Source of the DNA: an uncultured virus (IMG/VR IMGVR_UViG_3300002162_000001)
Lineage: Duplodnaviria; Heunggongvirae; Uroviricota; Caudoviricetes
Reading direction: 5' to 3' (one strand)
DNA length: 59,966 bases
IMG/VR virus record: IMGVR_UViG_3300002162_000001
Location: 62,001 to 121,966 of that record
Position 1 is the stretch's first letter, and every line of letters begins with the position of its first letter. The notes under the pieces were generated by a model that did not search any database, was not told where the DNA came from, and saw only the letters and a program-made list of their open reading frames with translations. The position numbers and the translations under genes are program-made. Shown piece by piece: positions 30,040 to 40,608 of this stretch.

Positions 30040-31578
30040 ATGTCAAGTAGAGCAAACAGAAAAAAGCAACAGGCAATTAACACAGCACAAAAAACTAATC
30101 CATCCACAGAATCTTATTGTATGGGTGTAGATATGAAAACTTTAGGTGCTGGAAAAGGTTCAGATATAATAAGTGTCTTTGATAACAAGAACTTTACAAT
30201 TTCTGGTTCTCCTAAAGGTTATAACATAGAGACTATTCTTCGTAATCGTCAAAATTATATTTATCTAATATATGAATTAATGTCTTACTACCTAGAGTCA
30301 GATGCAATTTTCGGAGGTGCCGTAAAAAAGATATTAACTCCATTCTCTTGTTCAGGATATCATCTTCATGGTAGTAATGAAAAAACTAAAGAGAAATATC
30401 TAGCTTACTATGAAAATGTAGGCATGAATGATTTAATTAGGGACATATTCTTTGAACTTTATACTTATGGGAATTGCTATATTTATGATAGAGGAGATTG
30501 GTTTGATATATTCCCTGCATATCGGATTCGTATATCAAGTATAGGAATTAATGGAGAACCTGTTTTAGAATATCAGATTATTGAATTTGCTCAAAGTCAA
30601 AGATTAGCAACAATGGCTACTGAAGGATTTATAGATTCTGTTAAAAATCTATATAGAGGTTATCCACAAGAAATATTAGACGGAATTGATAAGGGTTCCC
30701 TGTGGGTACAACTTGATCCTAGTAAAACCTATACAATCCAAGATGTTAAGAGTCGTTACGAAAAATATGCAATACCTTTTGGAATGGAGGCTATTAGAGC
30801 ATTTCAGAAGAAACAACTCATTAGTTTATATGAGGATTCTCAACTTAATTTAGGTATGAAAGGATTCATTCATATCCAGGCCGGAGATAAAGACGTAAAG
30901 AAAACTCTTAACTCTAATGAACTTGCATCTATTGGTGTAATTTTTAAGAATGCTATAAATGGTTTTCCTTTGGCAGTTACTGCTTGGAATGTAAATGCGA
31001 AGTGGATTGAAACTACTAATAAACTTGTATTTGATAAGAGTAAATATGCTTCTGTCAACGCAGATATATTAAGTGCGTGTGGTTTGTCAAGCCTTCTAAT
31101 TTCAGGAGATAGTGAAGGTGGTTCATTCGCACAAGCCCAGGTAAATGTTAACACTTGTGAAAAAAGGATAGAAAGTAATCAGAGAAATGTTTGTGAATTT
31201 ATTAAAAAGGTAAATAGACAAAGGGCAATTGACTGGCGTATTCAAGCTAGTAAGATACCAGATTTCCTATTTAATCCGATTAATTTAGCAAACGATTCTA
31301 GCTTTAAAGATCAAGTAGTTGAGCTGTTCACTCTCGGATTACTAAGTCGAGAGACAGTTTTGGATAATATGGACTTTGATTTTGGCCAGGAAAAAGAACG
31401 TAAAACTTCTGAAAATGCCGAAAATTTAGACGAAGTATTTAAATTACCACCAAGCTTTAATAATCAATCTGGAGATAAAACAGATTCGACTGGTGCTCCT
31501 GTTAAATCTGTAAATAATAGTAAACAGGATAAAAATAATTCTTCAAATGTGCCTAAACCTAGTACAGTTAAGAAATAA
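30040..31578 (+). CDS. portal protein
   Basis: 512 aa after terminase; YGNCY motif. Confidence 0.8.
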   Translation: MSSRANRKKQQAINTAQKTNPSTESYCMGVDMKTLGAGKGSDIISVFDNKNFTISGSPKGYNIETILRNRQNYIYLIYELMSYYLESDAIFGGAVKKILTPFSCSGYHLHGSNEKTKEKYLAYYENVGMNDLIRDIFFELYTYGNCYIYDRGDWFDIFPAYRIRISSIGINGEPVLEYQIIEFAQSQRLATMATEGFIDSVKNLYRGYPQEILDGIDKGSLWVQLDPSKTYTIQDVKSRYEKYAIPFGMEAIRAFQKKQLISLYEDSQLNLGMKGFIHIQAGDKDVKKTLNSNELASIGVIFKNAINGFPLAVTAWNVNAKWIETTNKLVFDKSKYASVNADILSACGLSSLLISGDSEGGSFAQAQVNVNTCEKRIESNQRNVCEFIKKVNRQRAIDWRIQASKIPDFLFNPINLANDSSFKDQVVELFTLGLLSRETVLDNMDFDFGQEKERKTSENAENLDEVFKLPPSFNNQSGDKTDSTGAPVKSVNNSKQDKNNSSNVPKPSTVKK

Positions 31579-31591
31579 ATATTAAATTTAT

Positions 31592-33127
31592 ATGCTAAAG
31601 GAGGTGATATTAGAAATGCAAGAAAAGATTCAATTTACGTCTAAAGTAATATCTTTAGGTTCCCAAGAAAATGATCTATATATGGAATTATCTATGGTTT
31701 TTCTTGATGATATAAAAAACCTCAATGACGTAATATTTACAAAAGATTTTTTAACTGATGTTGAGACAAACAAATCTCAGTATATAGGTTTACCTTTAGT
31801 CGGAGATATGAATGCTTTAACAAGTGGTAAATATCAAAATTTAACTCATTTATTTGATAAAAAGACAGGTATTTTTTCTACACAAGCTTTGGGGAGTTTT
31901 GTTGATTTTAAAACTGAGATAAACGGTGGAATAACTCAACTTATAGCAATTTCAAGGGTATGGAAAAGATATCCTAAAGTATGTTTAGCTATGCAAGAAT
32001 TATTCGACAGTGCAGAAGGATTATCTTTCTCATATGAAGTTCTTGTGGGAAAATATACGGTTGAATCTGGAGTTAAAGTGATAGATAAAGATGAGACAAA
32101 TACTATTGCAAGTAGTTGCGTAGTAAGTAATCCAGCAAATCCTAATTCAATTGCCCTCACATTATGTGCTGCAATCGAAGAAGATTTAATAAATAATCAA
32201 TCTCAAGGTAATGGAGGTAATTCTATGATAAGGACAAAAGACGTAACATTTGAAGAGATGTTCGCTGAAACTAAAGTCGTTCTGACTGAGATAGCTGAAC
32301 TTGATCTTCAACAAATTCAAAGAAAAATTTATACCCAATTAAAAGATATTTGTGGCGATGAATGGTGGAATTTTGATATAAAAGATCAAGGAATAGACTA
32401 CATAGTTCTCTCTGATTATTCAAGTGGAAACTATTTTAAAATTGATTATACAGTCACAGATTCAGACGTGGTTTTAAGTAATATGAGACAAACAACTAAA
32501 ACGTGGGAAGATGTAATCCCATCAGTACCAGCATGTCCAAATTATGATGCAAGTTGTCCACAATGCTTAGAATGCGATCAAACTAATTTAGAGGAGGAAG
32601 ATACTATGGCCGGTACATGTATAAAGAAAACAGTTGCAGAATTAGATGCAGAAATTTTAACTTTAAATGCAACAATAGAAACAAATAAAACAGAACTAGC
32701 AAGTGTTAATGAAAAATTAGCAGCAAAAGTAGTAGAAGCTACTGAAAAAGATTCAAAAATTGAGGTGCTTTCCGCAAGTGTAATTGAAAAAGATAAATTG
32801 CTTACAGAAATGGAACCAATTAAAGTTGAATATGAGAAGATTATAGCTGAAAAATCAGCAGTTGAAATAGCTGAAAAGAAAGTAATTTTAAAGGACAAGT
32901 ATTCTAAATTACTTGACGAAGCAACTCTTGCTAAACCTGAAATAGCAGAAGCTATTGAAAAATTAGACGAAACTGTTTTAAAAGATGCTTATATAGAAAT
33001 TGCAATGGCTAAAGCTACAAAAGATCCAAAGAAAATAGAAGTTGCTTCTACAAGAGCTACAGACACAATAGTCATTGCTGGTGGAACAGATATCATATCA
33101 AAATATATAACACTTAGCAATAACTAG
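31592..33127 (+). CDS. prohead protease/scaffold fusion (YonD-like)
   Basis: NLND, FSYEV, NPA protease-like motifs plus coiled-coil C-terminus. Confidence 0.75.
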   Translation: MLKEVILEMQEKIQFTSKVISLGSQENDLYMELSMVFLDDIKNLNDVIFTKDFLTDVETNKSQYIGLPLVGDMNALTSGKYQNLTHLFDKKTGIFSTQALGSFVDFKTEINGGITQLIAISRVWKRYPKVCLAMQELFDSAEGLSFSYEVLVGKYTVESGVKVIDKDETNTIASSCVVSNPANPNSIALTLCAAIEEDLINNQSQGNGGNSMIRTKDVTFEEMFAETKVVLTEIAELDLQQIQRKIYTQLKDICGDEWWNFDIKDQGIDYIVLSDYSSGNYFKIDYTVTDSDVVLSNMRQTTKTWEDVIPSVPACPNYDASCPQCLECDQTNLEEEDTMAGTCIKKTVAELDAEILTLNATIETNKTELASVNEKLAAKVVEATEKDSKIEVLSASVIEKDKLLTEMEPIKVEYEKIIAEKSAVEIAEKKVILKDKYSKLLDEATLAKPEIAEAIEKLDETVLKDAYIEIAMAKATKDPKKIEVASTRATDTIVIAGGTDIISKYITLSNN

Positions 33128-33177
33128 TTTATATTAAATAATATTATACACTAATAAAAATTTAGGAGGAAAAATAA

Positions 33178-33618
33178 ATGGCAGTAGTATTAAATATCGG
33201 AGACATGGAATATGTAGGAACATTTACTTTAGGAGGTGCAACAGCAATTAAGAATGGTACATATGTTGTTGTTAATTATGCAACAGGTATAGCTTTACCA
33301 ACTGATGCAACAACTGGAGATGGAGATATTTTCTTAGTTGATAATATCATTGATACAGTTCCAGAACAATTAATCAATGATTTAGATTTCTTAATTCAAC
33401 CTGGTAAATTCTTAAGATTACACAAAGAAGAGGTTGGTGATATTACAACTAATACTCTATTTAATGGTGTTATAGCTGTTGGAGATGTAATCGCAGCCGG
33501 AGTTAATGGATATGTTGAAGCTAAAGCAGCAAGAACTCCAAGAAGAACATTTACAGTTATAGAGAAACCTACTTTATGGGGAGTACCAACATTAAAATAT
33601 ATTGTTAATGATAAATAA
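33178..33618 (+). CDS. capsid decoration/minor head protein
   Basis: Small beta-rich protein between scaffold and MCP. Confidence 0.6.
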   Translation: MAVVLNIGDMEYVGTFTLGGATAIKNGTYVVVNYATGIALPTDATTGDGDIFLVDNIIDTVPEQLINDLDFLIQPGKFLRLHKEEVGDITTNTLFNGVIAVGDVIAAGVNGYVEAKAARTPRRTFTVIEKPTLWGVPTLKYIVNDK

Positions 33619-33670
33619 TCTTTTATATTAAATAATATTATACCCAAATAAAAATTAGGAGGAATATTAA

Positions 33671-34657
33671 ATGGCATTAAGAACAGACAAGGCTGTAGAA
33701 ATTTTTACAGCGATGAATTTAGGTAAAATTAAAGATAGCGAAATCGAGGTGGCTGAAGCTAGATCTGCTATGCAGGAATTAGCAAAAAATCCATCACCAA
33801 ATAACAGATATGAAATAGCTCAATTAATTGCTTTCACAGTAAATGATATTCTTGAGCAACAGACAAACTTCGTTGAAACTTTTGCAGATGTTCAAAACGT
33901 TGGACTTGACGAAAAGGCTTATTTTGACATTGAGTTAGATGGAATACAGGCATTCATTCAAGCCAAAGGTGCTACTACTCAGAGAAGTAAAGTATTAACA
34001 AAGAAAATCACTATAGATACTGATGCAGTATCTGCTAGACCAGTAGTTGATTTTATTTCACTTGCTCAGGGTAAAGTAAATTTTGATGCAATAATTAATG
34101 ATGCTGCGTTCAAAATGCAAAATGCTAAGCTAGCAAGAATCCAAAATGTACTTTACAATGCAATGAAATTATACGCAGACCCTAACTATAACACCGGTTC
34201 TGGTATAGTTCCAGCTACAATAGATCCTATGATAGTTGCTTTCTCAAGACTTGGACAAGTTTCTTTAGTCGGTGATTTAGCAGTAGTTAGTAAACTTGGT
34301 AAATTGACAGGTTGGACTGGTGGAGCTTTTTCTCAAGATTTAGTTAATCAACAGAATCAGAATGGTTTCATTGGAACATATAATGGAGCTTCTGTAACTA
34401 AATTAGTCAATCCTTTTGTTCAACACTCCTTAACTCAGACTTACTTAAAGAAAAACTTAATATATGTTTTACCATCAGGTATGGCAGCATTAAGACCTTT
34501 GAAAGTTGTTAACGAGGGAAATATCATTCCAATGGAAAATACTAACATAGATGACAGATCATTTGAGGTAAGATTAGACCAACATTTCGGGGCGGCTGTA
34601 GTAGTTGGTTCAGTTGCTTACATGGGAATGTATGAAGATTCAAGCGTAACCGCGTAG
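33671..34657 (+). CDS. major capsid protein
   Basis: 328 aa, position, strong RBS, GFIGTYNG motif, followed by terminator. Confidence 0.85.
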   Translation: MALRTDKAVEIFTAMNLGKIKDSEIEVAEARSAMQELAKNPSPNNRYEIAQLIAFTVNDILEQQTNFVETFADVQNVGLDEKAYFDIELDGIQAFIQAKGATTQRSKVLTKKITIDTDAVSARPVVDFISLAQGKVNFDAIINDAAFKMQNAKLARIQNVLYNAMKLYADPNYNTGSGIVPATIDPMIVAFSRLGQVSLVGDLAVVSKLGKLTGWTGGAFSQDLVNQQNQNGFIGTYNGASVTKLVNPFVQHSLTQTYLKKNLIYVLPSGMAALRPLKVVNEGNIIPMENTNIDDRSFEVRLDQHFGAAVVVGSVAYMGMYEDSSVTA

Positions 34658-34662
34658 TTAAT

Positions 34663-34690
34663 TAAGAGGGGATTAAATTCTCCTCTTTTA
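34663..34690 (+). terminator. intrinsic terminator after MCP
   Basis: AAGAGGGGA...TCTCCTCTT then T run. Confidence 0.7.
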
Positions 34691-34720
34691 TTTTTAAAAT
34701 AAAGGAGATGGAGAAGATAT

Positions 34721-34951
34721 ATGGATTATAAGGTAATAAATAATAATATTTTCAATGTGGGTTTGCAATTAGAGAATGATGAAACAGGTAGAGACGGAAT
34801 TAATGTTTCTGCAAATTCATTTGTAGTATTAAGTGATGTTGAGGTAGAATATCAAAAATCAAAATGCTCGTTATTTAGTAATGGTGCATTGGAATTAGAA
34901 GAAATTGTAGCCACTAAAACAACTGTAGCTGGCACACCAGATATAGAATAA
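34721..34951 (+). CDS. short paralog of the next gene
   Basis: KVINNNIFNVGL...GIN...YQKSKCSLF aligns to the N-half of 34982-35446. Confidence 0.7.
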   Translation: MDYKVINNNIFNVGLQLENDETGRDGINVSANSFVVLSDVEVEYQKSKCSLFSNGALELEEIVATKTTVAGTPDIE

Positions 34952-34981
34952 TTTTATATATAAAGGAGATAAGGAGCGAAT

Positions 34982-35446
34982 ATGAGTACAAAAATTAAAG
35001 TTCATAACAATAACCCCTTTAATGTAGGGCTTGAATTGATGGATGGATTAAGAGGGATTAACATACCTAAAAATGGATTCATGATGTTGGATGAGGATGA
35101 AATATATTTTCAGCATTCAAAATGTCAATTATTTAAAAAAGGTATTTTAACTATCGATAATGCAGAAATCAATGAAAATATAGGGATAACTTCTCAAAAT
35201 ATAGTTTCAGTATCTGATTCTGAAATTGAGGTTATATTAAAAAGTCCATTAGCAAAAATGAAAAAAGAACTTGCAACTATTACTGAAGATCATATCAAAA
35301 GTAAAGTTTTTGAAGTTGCAAAAAAAATGTATGCGGATTTAAATGGTTCTAAATTAGATTATATTGCAGAATTTTGCAATAGGGATTCAGAAGATTTAAA
35401 GCCTATTAAAGAAGAATCAGCTAATAAAATAAAATTGGTTAAATAA
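34982..35446 (+). CDS. virion-associated hypothetical protein
   Basis: Position after MCP. Confidence 0.7.
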   Translation: MSTKIKVHNNNPFNVGLELMDGLRGINIPKNGFMMLDEDEIYFQHSKCQLFKKGILTIDNAEINENIGITSQNIVSVSDSEIEVILKSPLAKMKKELATITEDHIKSKVFEVAKKMYADLNGSKLDYIAEFCNRDSEDLKPIKEESANKIKLVK

Positions 35447-35460
35447 GGGAGTGATTTACT

Positions 35461-35874
35461 ATGACCTCCTTAGTAGATATTCAAACAGAATTACAAGGTA
35501 ATATTAAATTTCAAGCAACTCCTATTCCAATGACAAATGATGATTATGCATCCTTTACATTACAAGGAGTTAAGAGACTTTATGTTGATGAAGGAATTGA
35601 AGATAACTTCTTAACTGACTATGATAAAACTGCAAATACTCTACTCAGAGATTTAACTTTAACAGAACAAGAATATGCATGGACTTGTGCTGAAATAGCA
35701 TTTAGATCTCAAATAAAAGATGATCTTGCAGAATTGGTTGGGTATACAACTGATGCTTTGAGTGTGAGTAACGCGACACAACCATATAAGAATAGTCAAA
35801 CAGTAATTACAACTCTTGAAAATAGGCTATCAGTGATAGCCTTTAAGTTTGCTCATAGTAGGTATACACTATGA
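35461..35874 (+). CDS. putative head-tail adaptor
   Basis: Size and position. Confidence 0.55.
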   Translation: MTSLVDIQTELQGNIKFQATPIPMTNDDYASFTLQGVKRLYVDEGIEDNFLTDYDKTANTLLRDLTLTEQEYAWTCAEIAFRSQIKDDLAELVGYTTDALSVSNATQPYKNSQTVITTLENRLSVIAFKFAHSRYTL

Positions 35875-36107
35875 AAGTTCAAATTAAAATACGGGACGAG
35901 TCCTTAGAAATTGTAGACACAAAAGAATATGAATTTAGAGAGTTTTGTGATTTATTATCTCAGAAGGTATGTAGCTGTCTTTACTTAGTTGAAGATTGTT
36001 TAGATCCTGAATCATCAGTAGAATTTAAAGATATCAGAACTAATATCCTGGATGTAGCCGGAGAAATTAGGAGACTTCCACTCAATATTATAGAGGAGGT
36101 GGAGTAA
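35871..36107 (+). CDS. hypothetical protein
   Basis: Coupled ORF in the late operon. Confidence 0.65.
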   Translation: MKVQIKIRDESLEIVDTKEYEFREFCDLLSQKVCSCLYLVEDCLDPESSVEFKDIRTNILDVAGEIRRLPLNIIEEVE

Positions 36108-36763
36108 TGAAGTTTTATATTCCACCAAATTTACAAAGTGATTTTAAATCTGTTCTGGCAAGTCCAGTAGCTACTCAAATGCCTTTGAATTTTGATCCAC
36201 TAGTTATTATAAATGCAATTGTTCCAGAAATAGATCATAGAGAAAAATCTAGTACGGTTTCAAAAGGGACTAAATATACTTATGCAAGTACAGATATTTC
36301 TTTAGAGATAGGAGATTATCTTCAAGATGATAACGGGATTTATCTTATTAATCAATTAAGAATACAGAAATTTCCAAGTTGCTATAAATTTCTATTAATA
36401 TCTTGTAATGCAAAATATACGGTAACTAGATATGAAAATATGGTTCAAGATGATAATGGAAATATTCTTATTGAAGCCGGAGACCATGATATTGCTAAGG
36501 ATATTTATTGTTCTAGTTTAGTTAGTGGTGCCCAGTTTCAGATAACGTCTGGTAACGTTGGTGTCGTGCCTGTGGACACCGTTACCGTACAGACTAGGTT
36601 TACTGTAGCTGAAACTAAAAATATAGCTATTGGAGATAATTTTTTATGGTTTGGACAAAAGTATCAAGTTCAAAGTTTAGATTACAGCCAGATTTCTATT
36701 GAACAAGATAATGGGATGCTAGGATTTGTTGGAAAGAGAGTTGTGGTAGATACAATTGTATAA
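36107..36763 (+). CDS. putative head closure protein
   Basis: Two IGD beta-barrel-like repeats; position. Confidence 0.55.
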   Translation: MKFYIPPNLQSDFKSVLASPVATQMPLNFDPLVIINAIVPEIDHREKSSTVSKGTKYTYASTDISLEIGDYLQDDNGIYLINQLRIQKFPSCYKFLLISCNAKYTVTRYENMVQDDNGNILIEAGDHDIAKDIYCSSLVSGAQFQITSGNVGVVPVDTVTVQTRFTVAETKNIAIGDNFLWFGQKYQVQSLDYSQISIEQDNGMLGFVGKRVVVDTIV

Positions 36764-36794
36764 AATTATTATTTATTGAAAGGAGTAATTATTA

Positions 36795-37651
36795 ATGAAT
36801 TGTCAAAGTGGTATATATAAAATATTAAACCTTGTAAACGGGAAATTTTATATAGGAAGTTCTATTAACCTTTATCAAAGAAAAGCAAATCATATTAGTG
36901 CTTTAAAAAATAATCACCATCATAGTATACACTTACAAAGAGCATGGAATAAATATAGCGAAGAAAGTTTTGAATTTAGTATTTTAGAGTATATATTTGA
37001 TAATTCTATAATAATTCAAAGAGAGCAATATTGGATTGATTTTTATAAAAGTTATGATGGTAAAATCGGGTATAATATCTCTCCTACTGCTGGAAACTGT
37101 TTGGGTGTTGCGTGTTCCGAAGAAAAGAAGCTAAAAATAAGTAAGACACATATAGCCTTAAAATTAGGCGGAGAAAAAAATTATATGTTTGGTAAAAACA
37201 CTCAGAAGAATCAAAGAGAAGAATGAGTGAGTCAAGTAGTGGAGATAAATCTTCTATGGCTATATTAAATGAAATTCAAGTAAAAGAAATAAAATTTATG
37301 ATAGTAGATGGATATAATAACGTTGAAATAGCAAAAAAATATTGCGTTAACAATAGGACTATTAGTGAAATAAAATGTGGAACATCATGGAAGAGCGTTA
37401 CAATTGAAGGTTTTAGTAATAATGATTTAAAACAATTGAATAATAACATTAGTGTAAATAAACATAATTCAAAATTCACAAAAGAAGACATAATAAAAAT
37501 TAAATTTATGATAAATGATGGAATTAAAAATGTAACTATAGCAAAGACATTCAATTGCAGACCAACCGTCATAAGTAAAATAAAATATGGAGAACTATAT
37601 AAAGATATAACCATTCCCGAAGATTACGCTTGTGAAAGTCTGGGTGCTTAA
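36795..37651 (+). pseudogene. GIY-YIG homing endonuclease split by a frameshift (36795-37226 + 37223-37651)
   Basis: SGIYKI...FYIGSS; one extra A at 37194-37198 would restore NUMOD3-like GKKHSEESKRRMSES into the second ORF, which carries HTH-like repeats. Confidence 0.8.
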
Positions 37652-38252
37652 TATGCAGTTACAATTTGATTCAGCAAGATTAATTAATGATATTATCAAA
37701 AATCTTAATATTGAGATGGACTTAGTGGCAAAAATACTAGTTGAATTTATGGCTGGTGAATTATCCGGTCTAAGGGTAAATCCTAATAATCCAGAAATGT
37801 CCGAATGGAAGGCTAATGTAATTGACGCTTTAAAATGGAGAGCTGTAGCTTCCGCAGGGCAACTTGTTCGTGAAGTAGGTATATTACAACAGGATAATAT
37901 GGGATTAATGGATGAAGCTCTATCACTTGAGTATGGTACAGGAACTCTTGCTAACACGTCTGCCAATCCTTGGTATAACGAGTTCTTGTCTTCTGAATAC
38001 TATCATGAATCACGCCAAGGTAAAGAAATATATTCTCTGCCAGGAGAACAGGTTTTTGATCCGGCCACAAATTCATGGTCTGACAGTCAAGCCGAAACAA
38101 GAGTTGCGATGCCTTTTATGGCTCAAGATGGAGCCTTATATTGGACAAACATATTTGGTAATTCAGCTATTATGGCCGAAACATATTTTAATAAAGGAAT
38201 TGACAGAGCAATAGTTAGGATAGATTTTAGTAATTATTTAATAGTGAAATAG
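37632..38252 (+). CDS. putative neck/tail completion protein
   Basis: LEYGTG motif; position. Confidence 0.65.
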   Translation: MKVWVLNMQLQFDSARLINDIIKNLNIEMDLVAKILVEFMAGELSGLRVNPNNPEMSEWKANVIDALKWRAVASAGQLVREVGILQQDNMGLMDEALSLEYGTGTLANTSANPWYNEFLSSEYYHESRQGKEIYSLPGEQVFDPATNSWSDSQAETRVAMPFMAQDGALYWTNIFGNSAIMAETYFNKGIDRAIVRIDFSNYLIVK

Positions 38253-38263
38253 GAGGTGATTGA

Positions 38264-38734
38264 ATGGGTGGAGTAGCTACCGATTTTGGTCAGATAATAA
38301 AGACATTAATGTCAGATGTAACATTACGCACGATTATGCTTGTGCCAGTTGCTGAGCAAAGTAACACTTTGATGATAGACAAGTATTTTTGCGAAGGTGT
38401 AACTTCTGGGATTATAACGAGTACAGCCATATGTAGGGTTATAATCTTAAGCAATCCCTCCAGTGATACCAATAATATGTATGTACGAAGTGATATGTTA
38501 GCTATTGAAGTTTTTGTTCCCAATGCTCCAGGCTCTAGTAATTTAGATAGGAAAAATATATCTGGATTTGAAAGACGTAGCAATCAGATTGTTGATAGAA
38601 TTATTCAAATACTAAATAACAAAATGGTGAATGATAGAAAATTTCACTTAGAAGGTAGACACGAACTAGCCTCTGGGACAGTTGGGTTTTGTAGAATGTT
38701 TTTACAGTTTTCTTATAAACGTTGCTACAATTAA
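38264..38734 (+). CDS. putative tail terminator
   Basis: Position before the major tail protein. Confidence 0.55.
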   Translation: MGGVATDFGQIIKTLMSDVTLRTIMLVPVAEQSNTLMIDKYFCEGVTSGIITSTAICRVIILSNPSSDTNNMYVRSDMLAIEVFVPNAPGSSNLDRKNISGFERRSNQIVDRIIQILNNKMVNDRKFHLEGRHELASGTVGFCRMFLQFSYKRCYN

Positions 38735-38837
38735 TAGAGATTTGTATTGAACAAATACCATTCTAAAATAAATAGTATTGTATGTCGTGATAAGAGACGT
38801 TAAACCTTATACTAAAAAGTAAAGAAGGAATTTTAAA

Positions 38838-39602
38838 ATGGAAAAAGACCAATTAGGGTTTATAATTGATGCCCCAAATGTGCTTGTAAAAACCAAAACA
38901 AAAGATATCATAATTGATAAGGCAGATAGCGGTTCAATTGCGTTCAGTGGCGATACAATCGATATTTCTGCGGGCTGGTCATTCACACAATTAGCTAAGA
39001 TTCCAAAATCCAGTAAAATAGAAATTAAAATAAGTAATGCAGAATTTTCTATGGATCAAATGGCTATTGGAACAGGTGCTGACTTAGTAGTAGGCGCAAC
39101 TGAATATAATAAATTTGGAGATATATATGAAGTTGATCTCACAAATTCTATTGTTATTCCTGAAGTAGTTGTTGCTGGAAGCTTAAGAATAAATGGCTTT
39201 ACAGAAACTACAACTACAGTAGCAATTGGTCAGTTTAAAGTTACTATTGCAGCAGATTCAACAACTGTATTATTTTTCACAGATGTTTTAAAAGGAACTA
39301 TAATTAAACCATCTTATAAAATTCTCACAGCAGCTACAACAGTATCATTATCTGCAAAGGTAACATCTGTTCCTGGTTCTGGTGAATTTGTCGTTTCTTA
39401 CCCAATCTATGAGTCCGAAAGTGTTGAGTCATCTATATGGGCATATGGACAGTTTATAATTTATAAAGCAGCTATAACACAATCATTTACTGCTGGTGGT
39501 AATTATAAATCAGCATCCAAATTTGATCTTTCAGCTACTGCTTTAAATCCACAAAGAGCCGATAAGAAATTATGGGACTTCATAATTGTACCAATAGTTT
39601 AG
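38838..39602 (+). CDS. major tail protein
   Basis: Size, composition, position before chaperones and TMP. Confidence 0.75.
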   Translation: MEKDQLGFIIDAPNVLVKTKTKDIIIDKADSGSIAFSGDTIDISAGWSFTQLAKIPKSSKIEIKISNAEFSMDQMAIGTGADLVVGATEYNKFGDIYEVDLTNSIVIPEVVVAGSLRINGFTETTTTVAIGQFKVTIAADSTTVLFFTDVLKGTIIKPSYKILTAATTVSLSAKVTSVPGSGEFVVSYPIYESESVESSIWAYGQFIIYKAAITQSFTAGGNYKSASKFDLSATALNPQRADKKLWDFIIVPIV

Positions 39603-39666
39603 AAACTAAATAATATTGTAAGGAGGGAGAAATCTCTCCTTAACTGATTATAAGGAGAAATGGAAT

Positions 39667-40286
39667 ATGGCGAGTAAACTCACTCAAGATCAGGTAGAAT
39701 TATCAAATGGAAGAATATATAACATCTCACCTGTAAAAGTTAAATATATGCTTTTAGGGTTTTATAATGATTATAATAATATAAAAAAAATAGGTTTTGT
39801 AAAGTTATTAGGATTTAGTGATGGTGAAGTAATAGTTACTAATTTTTTAAAAGCATCCTTTGATTCTGAAGAAATTGCAAAAGAAGTTTTAGAATTCCTT
39901 CATGCAAAAGATATGACTAGAATTATTGATATTACTAAAAGACTAAATGAATTAGTCGACGAGCCCGAAATAAAAAACGACCAGCCTCCGATGACGGAAT
40001 AAGCCTTCGGAGGGGAATTATATTAATCTCTCTAAATTATAAACTTATGCCAGACCAAGTAAAGGAATTGAGCTATGTGGATTATTGTGATTTCATAAAA
40101 GAACTCAGTATTCTATATGGGTTTGAATCGTATAAGGGAATAATTGGTAACTCATACGCTGGAGATGTAAGTAAAACATTATCTGAAATTAATCCAATGA
40201 ATTACAAAGATAAACCACCAGCTATGACTAAAAACAGAATGACTAAAGCGGATGCATTAGCATTCATGGGCAGAACTAAACAGTAG
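39667..40286 (+). CDS. tail assembly chaperones G (39667-40002) and GT via -1 frameshift
   Basis: Slippery A-AAA-AAC at 39972-39978, hairpin CCTCCGA/TCGGAGG 6 nt downstream; -1 frame is open into 40047-40286. Confidence 0.85.
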
Positions 40287-40608
40287 AGGAAGGCACGAGA
40301 TTAAACCATCGTATGTCTTCCTATTTTTTTAAGTCCATCATATAAAACTAGACTTTTAAAAGAGATAATATTATGAGATGCTACAGAAGTTATGTTTATA
40401 TTAAGCTAATTTCTGTAACATCTCAGATAGAGATTGTTAGATTACAATACTATTTAATCTTTCATAATCAATAGTATTGTGTTATAATTAATATAGGGCA
40501 AACAAAAAGGAGTTATAACCCTTTTTGTAAGATAGTTCTCACTCACTATCTTTTGTCCTTATTTTAGTTTTTTGAGTGTGAATAAAAATTAAGGAGCGAG
40601 TATAACAA

